The translations under genes were made by a program, and so were the position numbers. A model generated the notes under the pieces. The model searched no databases. It had not been told where the DNA came from and saw nothing but the letters and a program-made list of their open reading frames with translations. Shown piece by piece: positions 50,130-59,088 of a stretch of 64,000 nucleotides of DNA. This DNA is from Candidatus Poribacteria bacterium (GTDB lineage Bacteria > Poribacteria > WGA-4E > UBA9662). Position 1 is the stretch's first letter. Each line of letters starts with the position of its first letter. The stretch lies in NCBI GenBank assembly GCA_036339735.1, contig JAYZAL010000079.1:32001-96000 (forward strand). Reading direction: 5' to 3'.

Positions 50130-50159
50130 TTGCCAATAAGACTGGAAGGTTGGTAAAAT
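50130..50159 (+). promoter_or_regulatory. Putative sigma-70 promoter of tRNA-Leu
   Basis: TTGCCA-18-TAAAAT with TG extension, 11 nt before the tRNA. Confidence 0.65.
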
Positions 50160-50170
50160 TAGGTCTTCGG

Positions 50171-50255
50171 GCCGAAGTGCTGAAACTGGTAGACAGGCTA
50201 GATTCAGGATCTAGTGAGCGCTATGCTCGTAGGGGTTCGAGTCCCCTCTTCGGCA
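50171..50255 (+). tRNA. tRNA-Leu (anticodon CAG)
   Basis: GCCGAAG acceptor stem pairs with CTTCGGC-A; CTAGA-TTCAGGA-TCTAG anticodon arm; long variable arm; GGTTCGAGTCC. Confidence 0.96.
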
Positions 50256-50374
50256 TTTCACCACACCCTCCTTATAAACTAGTGTTTATTAAAGCGTCAT
50301 TTCTCCGCTAGTTTCAATCTTCCAACTTAGTAAGCTACTACATACTGAATGAGTGCGGGGGCCGGCGAGCTACA

Positions 50375-51376
50375 TTATTTGATTTTTGCCCAGCTAGTTG
50401 CTTTTGATTTTTTCACCTGTTTGACTGACAACAAGGAGGCAACAAAATAAGCAGGTTGATAGTCGGGGGCCGGATGATTCGTCAGGTTGCGAATGTTTTT
50501 ACCATGATTATCCATAATATAGATTTCGTAGTTTCCACTACGATTAGAGCTGAAGATGATTTCTCTGCCATTTGGCGACCAGGTCGGATGATTATTATCC
50601 CATCCACTTTCAGTCAATTGTTGCAAATTGTTTCCATTGATGTCAACAATATAGATTTCATCTCCCTTCTTGTCTCCTCTAACAGCGGAAAAAACAATCT
50701 GTTTCCCGTCTGGTGACCAACGGGGTGTTTTTACGGATTGAAGTTTTGCTTTTTTTGTAACCTCACGTATATTTTTACCATTCGTGTCTATCGTAAAAAT
50801 TCCAGAACTCTTGGCTTTTTTCCCCTTATTGATAACCCATGAGACAAAAACAACTTGCCGTCCATCAGGTGACCAGTTAGGCGAAGTTATTGAAACGAGT
50901 TCAACACCTTTGGTGATTTGGCGTAAATTGTTGCCACTAGCATCGATAACGTAAATTGCAACTTGTTTATGTCCACCTCGATTAGAGACAAAGGCTATTT
51001 TTTGACCGTCTGGCGACCATGCCGGATCATAGTTATTACTAGGATGATCTGTTAACTGGCGCAGTTTTTCACCCTCTTTATCCATTATATATATATCAGT
51101 TTTCCCATTTTTCCCTTTGTTTTTGCCAGCGTTAGCATTCGAACTTCTTTGAAAGACGATCTGCTGCCTATCTGGCGACCAAGATGGCTTATTATCGGCT
51201 TTTGGACTATTGGTCAAATTACGAAGATTATTTCCAGTCACGTCCATGATATAAATTTCCGAATTCCAATCTCTATCAGATACAAATAAGATACTGGAGT
51301 TAACCATCGTCGATAAGTGAAAAATTATAAATGGGAATAACCAATTAAACAGGTAATGTTTCCGATTTTTTTTCAT
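50375..51376 (-). CDS. TolB-like PD40 beta-propeller secreted protein with short C-terminal K-x-AT-x-W-xx-IK motif
   Basis: Repeats P-x-WSPDG..IVF..IYIMD..LT; tail LSVKQVKKSKATSWAKIK. Confidence 0.88.
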   Translation of the reverse strand: MKKNRKHYLFNWLFPFIIFHLSTMVNSSILFVSDRDWNSEIYIMDVTGNNLRNLTNSPKADNKPSWSPDRQQIVFQRSSNANAGKNKGKNGKTDIYIMDKEGEKLRQLTDHPSNNYDPAWSPDGQKIAFVSNRGGHKQVAIYVIDASGNNLRQITKGVELVSITSPNWSPDGRQVVFVSWVINKGKKAKSSGIFTIDTNGKNIREVTKKAKLQSVKTPRWSPDGKQIVFSAVRGDKKGDEIYIVDINGNNLQQLTESGWDNNHPTWSPNGREIIFSSNRSGNYEIYIMDNHGKNIRNLTNHPAPDYQPAYFVASLLSVKQVKKSKATSWAKIK

Positions 51377-51945
51377 TGTAATATTCCAGAGGCTATCTGT
51401 TGGTAAATAGAATAATCGATTGATCCAAACAGAATAAATCTAATTTCTTTAAGCGTGTTACTTTGTCGCAGAAATTCATTCACACTGCTCAATGCGATTG
51501 TAGCGGCTTTTTCAAGAGGATAACCATAGATTCCAGTGCTAATAGAAGGAAAAGAGAGGCTGGAGATTTCATGCGTAACTGCTAATTCCAAACACGATCG
51601 ATAGCAATTAGCCAGTAGTTTAGATTCGTTTGCACTACCACCTTTCCAGACCGGCCCCGCGGTATGAATCACATACGCAGCTTCAAGACTGCCACCAGAG
51701 GTAATTACTGCTTGGCCAGTTGGACAACCACCTCGTTCACGCCGAATCTGATCGCATTCCTCAGTAATAGTTGGCCCTCCGGCATTACGAATTGCACCAT
51801 CTACACCGGCTCCACCAATCAGTTGACTGTTAGCAGCATTCACAATTGCCATCGTGTTTTGCTTTGTAATGTTTCCTTGTATAATACGAATTAGCGATTG
51901 ATTGACTTGAGTTTCCATTGATTTGTATCCCATATTGATTACCAA
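51373..51945 (-). CDS. ymdB: Macro-domain O-acetyl-ADP-ribose deacetylase
   Basis: IVNAAN..GGAGVDGAI, HTAGP, ISTGIYGYP. Confidence 0.9.
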   Translation of the reverse strand: MVINMGYKSMETQVNQSLIRIIQGNITKQNTMAIVNAANSQLIGGAGVDGAIRNAGGPTITEECDQIRRERGGCPTGQAVITSGGSLEAAYVIHTAGPVWKGGSANESKLLANCYRSCLELAVTHEISSLSFPSISTGIYGYPLEKAATIALSSVNEFLRQSNTLKEIRFILFGSIDYSIYQQIASGILQ

Positions 51946-51947
51946 GG

Positions 51948-52982
51948 CTACAATATTGGTAAGGCCACAACTCTTCCTGATTGAAGGCTTCTAGAAACAG
52001 CCTCTGTAAATTCCATATACTTAACACCAGTGTCGAATGTACTGTGACTAATTGTTTCTATTCCCCGAATTGCATTGATAAATTCTTCTTCAACTCTCCA
52101 GTAGCCAATTTTATCCTCAGAAATGGAAATTTCATTCAAAGAGGAATCGTCTCTGGTCCCACCGTATAGTTTTCCCGCTGAAAAACGGAGTGTTGCATCT
52201 GAACCAAAAAGGAAAACCTCTGCTACTCCAGAGAGTCCAGCGACACTCGAAATTTGCATATGGAGTTGAGCTCCGCAAGCCATATCGGCTAAAACATCAA
52301 TGTGATCAGGAACATGAACAGCTTGACGAATACCATGTTCGTCAATTCGGTTTTTGACAAACGTTTTTCCCATTGCCGATATCCGTTTAGCAGTTCCAAC
52401 CCAACGCATGACAGCTTCATACCAAATGCCCATACTCATAATATTCAAGCCACTCAAATCAACGTTGTCTCGCCAATGAAAGACTCCATTTGGATCTATG
52501 AAATTATTCCCAGCTCTTACTTCAATTGCTAGTACATCACCCAAGTATCCGTCACAAATGAGATGTTGAATACTACGATCAACAGCAAGTGTCATTGGGG
52601 AGGGAACGATTTGCGCTATCAATTCGGGATATTTTTGAGAGACCTGATACATTTGGCGAGCCTGTTGTACATCCATTGCCATTCGAGCTTCACACATTAC
52701 ATGTTTACCTGCTTCGAGCGAAGCAACTGTCAACTGACAATGCATATAAGGCCATGTACCAATGACGATAGCATCAGTATCATCTGCTTGAATTAAGTCC
52801 TTCCAATTTTCATAGATTGTGGGGATTCCAAATTCAGCAGCTACCCTTTCAGACGATTGCTGACTTCGATTACAAACACTATTGATTTCCACATTTTCGA
52901 TGGCCTGGAGCCCAGGGATATGTTTGGACGTCGTATTTTGACCCGCACCAACGATACCAACACGGATTTTTTGATTGCTCAT
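51948..52982 (-). CDS. Gfo/Idh/MocA-family oxidoreductase
   Basis: GIVGAG, GTWPYMH, AGKHVMCEARM. Confidence 0.9.
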   Translation of the reverse strand: MSNQKIRVGIVGAGQNTTSKHIPGLQAIENVEINSVCNRSQQSSERVAAEFGIPTIYENWKDLIQADDTDAIVIGTWPYMHCQLTVASLEAGKHVMCEARMAMDVQQARQMYQVSQKYPELIAQIVPSPMTLAVDRSIQHLICDGYLGDVLAIEVRAGNNFIDPNGVFHWRDNVDLSGLNIMSMGIWYEAVMRWVGTAKRISAMGKTFVKNRIDEHGIRQAVHVPDHIDVLADMACGAQLHMQISSVAGLSGVAEVFLFGSDATLRFSAGKLYGGTRDDSSLNEISISEDKIGYWRVEEEFINAIRGIETISHSTFDTGVKYMEFTEAVSRSLQSGRVVALPIL

Positions 52983-53203
52983 ATTAGGAACCTTTATTAA
53001 AAACTTTGTTTATAGCTTATACTGAAAAACTAAAGATCATGAAAACTTAGACTCTATTTGATATAATTCCGATGTTATTTGGATGGTATAGGATACTGAT
53101 GGCATGATAAGTATAGCACGAAGTAACCAGTTCTAAATATTTTTCCAAACCAACCACTAATTTATTCATCAAGAATTGAACCAACTATCTGGAGGGTACC
53201 AAC

Positions 53204-54685
53204 GTGAATGACTTGCATAAGCAGAAGGTTGAAATAGGATTGATCGGCTTAGCTGTGATGGGTGAGAATCTAGCCTTGAATATAGAAAGTAAAGGCTTCA
53301 GCATTGCTGTTTTTAACCGAACTATTTCTAAAGTGGATGATTTTATTAACGGTAGAGCCGCTGGTAAAAATCTGATTGGTACGCATTCAGTTGAAGAGTT
53401 CATTGATGTACTACAAAAACCTCGCCGAATCATGTTAATGGTTAAAGCGGGAGAGGCTGTTGATCAGTTTATTGACTTATTGATACCGCACTTAGAACCA
53501 GGAGATCTAATCATCGATGGTGGAAATTCCAATTTTCTTGATACTGAACGCCGCACCAAATTTTTGAATAAAAAAGGGTTTGGTTTTATTGGTACTGGTG
53601 TTTCTGGCGGGGAAGAAGGGGCCTTGAAAGGTCCAGCCATGATGCCTGGTGGTACGGTGTCAGCTTACCAAATGGTTGAGCCTATCTTTACAAAAATATC
53701 CGCTCAGGTTGATGGGATCCCTTGTTGTTCTTATATCGGTGATGGTGGTGCCGGTCATTACGTCAAAATGGTTCATAATGGCATTGAGTACGGCGATATG
53801 CAGTTAATTTGTGAAGCTTATACTCTAATGTCAAATGTGTTGAAAATGAATGCTGACGAACTGCACCAAGTCTTCGACGAGTGGAATAATGGGGAATTGG
53901 GTTCTTACCTGATTGAAATAACGGCCGATATTTTCACCCAAAAAGAAGACGATGGAAGACCATTAGTTGACGCTATCCTAGATCAAGCAGGCCAAAAAGG
54001 AACTGGGAAATGGACCGGCATCTCCTCACTAGATTTGGGTGTTTCTGTACCAACAATCGTGGAAGCGGTTTTTGCCCGTTGTATTTCTGCCGTTAAATCT
54101 GAACGAAAAGAAGCCTCCAAGATTCTATCTGGTCCAACAGAGACATTTCAAGGAGATAAAGTTGAATTTGTTACTGCTATCCGAGATGCTTTATACGCAG
54201 CTAAAATATGCTCTTATGCCCAAGGATTTTCTTTAATGAAAGAAGCCGCATTGGAACATGGTTGGACATTGAACCTAGGGCAAATCAGCTTAGGCTGGCG
54301 AGGTGGCTGCATTATACGAGCCAAATTTCTTCACCGAATTGCAGAAGCATTTGAAAGAAACCCTCAGCTCTCCAATCTTCTGATAGATGATTACTTCCGT
54401 AACGTGATTGAGTCGACACAAAAAAATTGGCGACACGTGATTTCGACCGCTGTTGGGTTAGGTGTACCAACGCCGGCCTTCAGTTCGGCCCTAGCCTACT
54501 ACGATAGTTATCGGAGTGATAGACTATCAGCTAATCTGATTCAGGCTCAACGCGATTATTTTGGAGCACATACATATCACAAAGTAGATATGAAAGGTGA
54601 GACTATTGTCGATGAAAATGGAAATGCAATCGTTTACCACACTGAGTGGATGCTAGAAAATCGGCCTGAGTTAATTGTTGAATAA
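53204..54685 (+). CDS. gnd: NADP-dependent 6-phosphogluconate dehydrogenase, decarboxylating
   Basis: GLAVMG, GVSGGEEGA, KMVHNGIEYGDMQ, QKGTGKWT, QAQRDYFGAHT. Confidence 0.98.
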   Translation: MNDLHKQKVEIGLIGLAVMGENLALNIESKGFSIAVFNRTISKVDDFINGRAAGKNLIGTHSVEEFIDVLQKPRRIMLMVKAGEAVDQFIDLLIPHLEPGDLIIDGGNSNFLDTERRTKFLNKKGFGFIGTGVSGGEEGALKGPAMMPGGTVSAYQMVEPIFTKISAQVDGIPCCSYIGDGGAGHYVKMVHNGIEYGDMQLICEAYTLMSNVLKMNADELHQVFDEWNNGELGSYLIEITADIFTQKEDDGRPLVDAILDQAGQKGTGKWTGISSLDLGVSVPTIVEAVFARCISAVKSERKEASKILSGPTETFQGDKVEFVTAIRDALYAAKICSYAQGFSLMKEAALEHGWTLNLGQISLGWRGGCIIRAKFLHRIAEAFERNPQLSNLLIDDYFRNVIESTQKNWRHVISTAVGLGVPTPAFSSALAYYDSYRSDRLSANLIQAQRDYFGAHTYHKVDMKGETIVDENGNAIVYHTEWMLENRPELIVE

Positions 54686-54694
54686 AGATTCTAT

Positions 54695-56110
54695 ATGTCA
54701 GATCTCTGCTTTGCTACAGCTACTGAGTTGATTGAACTGATCCGTAGTAGGTCAGTCAGTGTGTATGAGGTAGTGCAAGCTCACATTGCACAAATTGAAA
54801 CGCTTAATCCACTAGTTAATGCTGTCGTCACTTTTTTGCCAGAACAAGCACTTAGCAGGGCAAAAAAAGTAGATCAACTTTTGGCAAAGGGAAAACCTGT
54901 CGGTCGTTTATCTGGTTTGCCCATTGCCCATAAAGATTCGTTTGCAACGCTGGGTATTCGAACGACTCAAGGATCGGAAATTTTTCGTCATGACATTCCA
55001 GATCACGACTCTCTTATAATTGAACGACTCAAGAAAGCAGGTGTTATTACACTGGGAAAAACTAACTTGCCTGAGTTTGGTGCAGGGTCTCAAACATACA
55101 ATGAAATCTTTGGAGAGACACTAAACCCTTACGATCTTACAAAAACTTGTGGTGGTAGTAGCGGCGGATCTGCCGTAGCGTTGGCTTGTGGAATGCAACC
55201 AATTGCTGATGGTAGTGATATGGGAGGCTCTTTGCGTAACCCGGCTAGCTACTGCAATGTAGTAGGGTTAAGGCCATCACCAGGACGTATTCCTTCTTGG
55301 CCATCCTCAACAGCTTGGTTCCCAATTTCGGTTGTTGGGCCTATGGCTCGAACCGTAGAAGATGTTGCGTTAATTATGTCTGCTATTTCCGGCCCGGATT
55401 ATCGATCACCCATCTCCATTTCTGAATCAGCTGATATCTTTCAGCAACCGATAGAACGGGATTTCCGTAAAAGTCAGATCGCTTGGCTAGGAGACTTGGG
55501 AGAATTACCAGTTGATCCCAGAGTTAAGTCTGTTTTAGAATCAAATCGGTCAATATTCGAGGATCTAAGTGAGAATGTTGTTAATGCTTGTCCAGACTTT
55601 TCCGATGCTGACTTGATTTTTAAAACTTGGCGAGCTTGGAAGTTTTCCCTTGATCTAGGTCCATTATTGAAAAACCATCGCGACCAGATGAAGGAGACGA
55701 TAATTTGGAATATCGAACAAGGTCAACGACTATCAGCAACTGATTTAGCTGAAGCTGAAATTAAGCGGACGGAACTTTACCATAGGGTAAGGGTCTTTAT
55801 GCAGCAGTTCGATTTTATGATCTTGCCAGTTAGCCAACTTCCTCCATTCGATATTCAAATCCGAAGCCCAATCGAAATTAATGGTGAGCCTATGAAAACA
55901 TACATTGACTGGATGAAGTCTTGTTATTATATAACGGTGACGGGGTTGCCTGCAATCTCGGTACCTTGTGGCTTCACTGAGGATGGATTGCCTGTTGGCG
56001 TTCAGATTGTTGGCCGTCATCAAAATGATTTCGGTTTGTTACAATTTGCATATGCCTTCCAACAAGCCACCGGTTTTGTAAAGCTTAGACCACCAGTAGT
56101 AAACCATTGA
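54695..56110 (+). CDS. Amidase-signature family amidase
   Basis: HKD, GKTN, GGSSGGSA, DMGGSLRNPA. Confidence 0.94.
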   Translation: MSDLCFATATELIELIRSRSVSVYEVVQAHIAQIETLNPLVNAVVTFLPEQALSRAKKVDQLLAKGKPVGRLSGLPIAHKDSFATLGIRTTQGSEIFRHDIPDHDSLIIERLKKAGVITLGKTNLPEFGAGSQTYNEIFGETLNPYDLTKTCGGSSGGSAVALACGMQPIADGSDMGGSLRNPASYCNVVGLRPSPGRIPSWPSSTAWFPISVVGPMARTVEDVALIMSAISGPDYRSPISISESADIFQQPIERDFRKSQIAWLGDLGELPVDPRVKSVLESNRSIFEDLSENVVNACPDFSDADLIFKTWRAWKFSLDLGPLLKNHRDQMKETIIWNIEQGQRLSATDLAEAEIKRTELYHRVRVFMQQFDFMILPVSQLPPFDIQIRSPIEINGEPMKTYIDWMKSCYYITVTGLPAISVPCGFTEDGLPVGVQIVGRHQNDFGLLQFAYAFQQATGFVKLRPPVVNH

Positions 56111-56239
56111 TTTTGGTCTCATGCTAAAAGTTTTTGACATAGAATCTTAGATATTTTATGTAACTAGAGCAAATAATTTATATACCTAATATTAGGGTTT
56201 ATTTCTACACGTAGCGTGTAAGAATTTAAGCTAGGAGAG

Positions 56240-57208
56240 TTGAATTTGAAGCCTAAAATTTTCATTTCTCGGCCGATTCCAGACACTGTTGTTAATCGGC
56301 TAGCCGAAGTATGTGAAGTTGATATGTGGCCGACTAGCCAAACTTTGCCGCCTATAGGAGAAAAAATTTTCAACCTCGACGGATTGATGACTTATGGGCA
56401 TGAATCTGTAACTGCTGACATGATGGATCGTGCCCCGAATTTAAAAGTCATTACTGCTGTCGGTGTTGGTTATGACCACATTGATGCAATAGAAGCTAAA
56501 AAACGAAAGATTTCGGTTGGAAATACACCTGATGTTCTAAGCGACACGACGGCAGACATGACTTTTGCACTCTTACTCAGTGCAGCTCGTAATGTCATTC
56601 GTGGTAATACCTTTGTACAAAATGAGGAGTGGAGTTATTACGATCCAAATATACTATGGGGGCAAGAAGTCCACCATTCCACTATTGGTATCGTTGGCAT
56701 GGGACGTATTGGTTACTCCGTAGCTAAACGCGCATTGGGTTTTGACATGCGGGTACTATACAACAAGCGAACCCGCCGACTAGATTGGGAAGCTGATCTC
56801 GGAATTGAACATGTAGAACTCGACGAATTGTTAAAAATGTCAGACTTTGTTACTTTACATCCACCGATGAGTAGTGAAACTTACCACTTGATTGGTGAGA
56901 GAGAGTTAGGATTAATGAAGTCAAACGCAATCCTCGTGAACATTGCCCGTGGTCCGATAGTAGACAGCCAAGCTCTTTATCGGGCTCTCAAAGATGGACA
57001 AATTGCGGGTGCTGCACTCGATGTCACTGAGCCTGAGCCAATCAATCCTGATCATCTTCTTTTAACACTTGATAATTTGATTATTTGCCCTCACTTAGGT
57101 AGTGCGACTCACCAAACAAGAATGAAAATGGCAAATATGGCTGCTGATAATATTTTGGCTGGACTAAAGGGTGAACCTCTTCCTTATGAAGTTATTGAAA
57201 CCCGCTAA
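56240..57208 (+). CDS. D-2-hydroxyacid dehydrogenase (glyoxylate/hydroxypyruvate reductase-like)
   Basis: GVGYD, NTP, GMGRIG, NIARG, LDVTEPEP, PHLGSAT. Confidence 0.93.
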   Translation: MNLKPKIFISRPIPDTVVNRLAEVCEVDMWPTSQTLPPIGEKIFNLDGLMTYGHESVTADMMDRAPNLKVITAVGVGYDHIDAIEAKKRKISVGNTPDVLSDTTADMTFALLLSAARNVIRGNTFVQNEEWSYYDPNILWGQEVHHSTIGIVGMGRIGYSVAKRALGFDMRVLYNKRTRRLDWEADLGIEHVELDELLKMSDFVTLHPPMSSETYHLIGERELGLMKSNAILVNIARGPIVDSQALYRALKDGQIAGAALDVTEPEPINPDHLLLTLDNLIICPHLGSATHQTRMKMANMAADNILAGLKGEPLPYEVIETR

Positions 57209-57382
57209 ATTATTCGATCTGTTTATTGTCAACTTATGTGCTCAGCTCTTATGTTTACATTGGAATCGATTAATCAAAAATCACCTTTAAATTTCCTGCA
57301 CCTAGCAAAGTAAATATTTTGCTTACTGTAAAGTGTAATTGAAACGAGAGATTATGCGCTCTAAACTTTTATTAAAAGCAAA

Positions 57383-58438
57383 TTGGGAGAGGGAATTCCG
57401 ATGTGGATTAAAAAAAAATCAAGAAGATGGTGTACTCGAATGATGATCTTTCGTGTACTAATAGGTACTTGGCTAATTTTTCTGATGAGTTGTAATAGTC
57501 TACAGGAATTACAAAAAGCAAATTTGAAGCGTCAACAGGATGCCCATGCTCGCATGAAGGATCAGTATGTCACTCTCGAGAAACCAAGTGATACAAACGT
57601 AAACGTTTCCGGAGATGGGCTAAAAATCGATAGTACCCATTACAGTTTATCGTTTAGTGAGGATCTGCAACAACATACTGAATATGATACTGTTTCAGAG
57701 CGTCAGCAGTCTGGGCATGGCTATTTGATCTTCATGGAAAGTTTGTATCAGTTCATATATCAAATTTTTGGTTTTGAGCCAGAACACAAAATTCATGTTG
57801 TTCTCCATGAAATCTATAGGGGAACTAAGTTAATGGCAACAACGACCGTCCATTCTCAAAATCGCCTTCAATCAAATGGAGAAGTTGTGAAAATCATTCG
57901 TGGAATTGAAATGAATTTCCCTATGAATATGTTCGCGCAACTGCCAGTAAGAGCTCATGAACTAACTCACGCTTTCACACAAATTTATCTCTTGCCTGCC
58001 TGGTTTGCTGAGGGGATTGCTGTTTGGGTGGAGGTTGAATATGCTAAAGGAAGAGATCATCGGAAAGTAGAAATCAACAAAATGAAGTTAACACTAGACG
58101 GTCTGAATGCGGCTCAAGAATGGGGTGGGGACTTGGATGCTGGAGCAGACGCACTTACTGAATGGAGGTATAATTACTGTTATACAGTTGTTGCGGAATT
58201 AAAGGATCGTTTTGGGGACGATTTTTATCCAAAATTCTTTAGTCTGATGGAAGCTGACAAGCTGTACCAACGTTTACCCGGACAGATGACAACTAGTTTT
58301 TTGGTTTATTACCTGAGCCAAGCAGCTGGTGAAGATTTAGTACCTTATTTTGAAAGCCTTAAATTCAAAATTAGAAGGTTGTCCAAAGATGAAATTCTTG
58401 ATGCTGTCAGATCAGCTAATAAAACCCTAAGGAGGTAA
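57383..58438 (+). CDS. Lipoprotein with gluzincin-like (peptidase MA-like) zinc motif
   Basis: Lipobox LMSC; HELTH followed by WFAEG. Confidence 0.7.
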   Translation: MGEGIPMWIKKKSRRWCTRMMIFRVLIGTWLIFLMSCNSLQELQKANLKRQQDAHARMKDQYVTLEKPSDTNVNVSGDGLKIDSTHYSLSFSEDLQQHTEYDTVSERQQSGHGYLIFMESLYQFIYQIFGFEPEHKIHVVLHEIYRGTKLMATTTVHSQNRLQSNGEVVKIIRGIEMNFPMNMFAQLPVRAHELTHAFTQIYLLPAWFAEGIAVWVEVEYAKGRDHRKVEINKMKLTLDGLNAAQEWGGDLDAGADALTEWRYNYCYTVVAELKDRFGDDFYPKFFSLMEADKLYQRLPGQMTTSFLVYYLSQAAGEDLVPYFESLKFKIRRLSKDEILDAVRSANKTLRR

Positions 58439-58443
58439 AAAAT

Positions 58444-59088
58444 TTGATGTCCAATTTGAGAACCAAAAGAAGAAATTTACCTGTCATCCACCGGATGACA
58501 GGTAAATTTCTTTCAGTTAGTCTTGCCCTTTTTTTTCCTGTCCTTCTTTGGTTTTCTCTAACTGGCTGCCAAGTACTGAAAATTCTTTCTACGAGTCAGC
58601 AATGGAGTGATAATTATGTTTTAACGAGTGGAACGACATCTAACGACCCAGCTATGATTGATGGAAATTTAGAAACAATCGGCGAAACGAAGTACATTGA
58701 GTCGACTTCTAAGCAGACAGTACGTGGTTTCATGGTTCCTTCAGAAGGAATAGTTATGTTACCAAAACCAAAGTCAATTAAAAAAATAATTATCCATTCT
58801 CAGAATCTTCAATCATTTGATCTATTTATTCTAGAAAGCAACGGTAATTGGAAGCATACACAAGAAGTAAAAAATATAACAAAACGTCCCTACAATTTAA
58901 TTCTGAATGTACCAATCTATAGTGCTGGTTTAAAAATTCGAGTCAATAAAACTTCGGACGATGATGCTCTACGAAGGCAAAATGTACGAAAAATCCAAGG
59001 CGTTTCGATGTTTAGTGGACATACCAAGGCTCTAGCAAAAATCAATGAAATTGAGGTCTATGGATTTGTTGAATCGGTTGTACAGTAA
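58444..59088 (+). CDS. Lipoprotein with discoidin/F5-8-like beta-sandwich
   Basis: Lipobox LTGC; MIDGNLET ... INEIEVYG. Confidence 0.6.
   Translation: MMSNLRTKRRNLPVIHRMTGKFLSVSLALFFPVLLWFSLTGCQVLKILSTSQQWSDNYVLTSGTTSNDPAMIDGNLETIGETKYIESTSKQTVRGFMVPSEGIVMLPKPKSIKKIIIHSQNLQSFDLFILESNGNWKHTQEVKNITKRPYNLILNVPIYSAGLKIRVNKTSDDDALRRQNVRKIQGVSMFSGHTKALAKINEIEVYGFVESVVQ

Noticed and set aside
50102-50311. 69-aa ORF in the track
   Set aside because: It overlaps tRNA-Leu and its promoter
53110-53127. TGGCA motif upstream of gnd as a sigma-54 promoter
   Set aside because: No GC at the required 10-nt spacing
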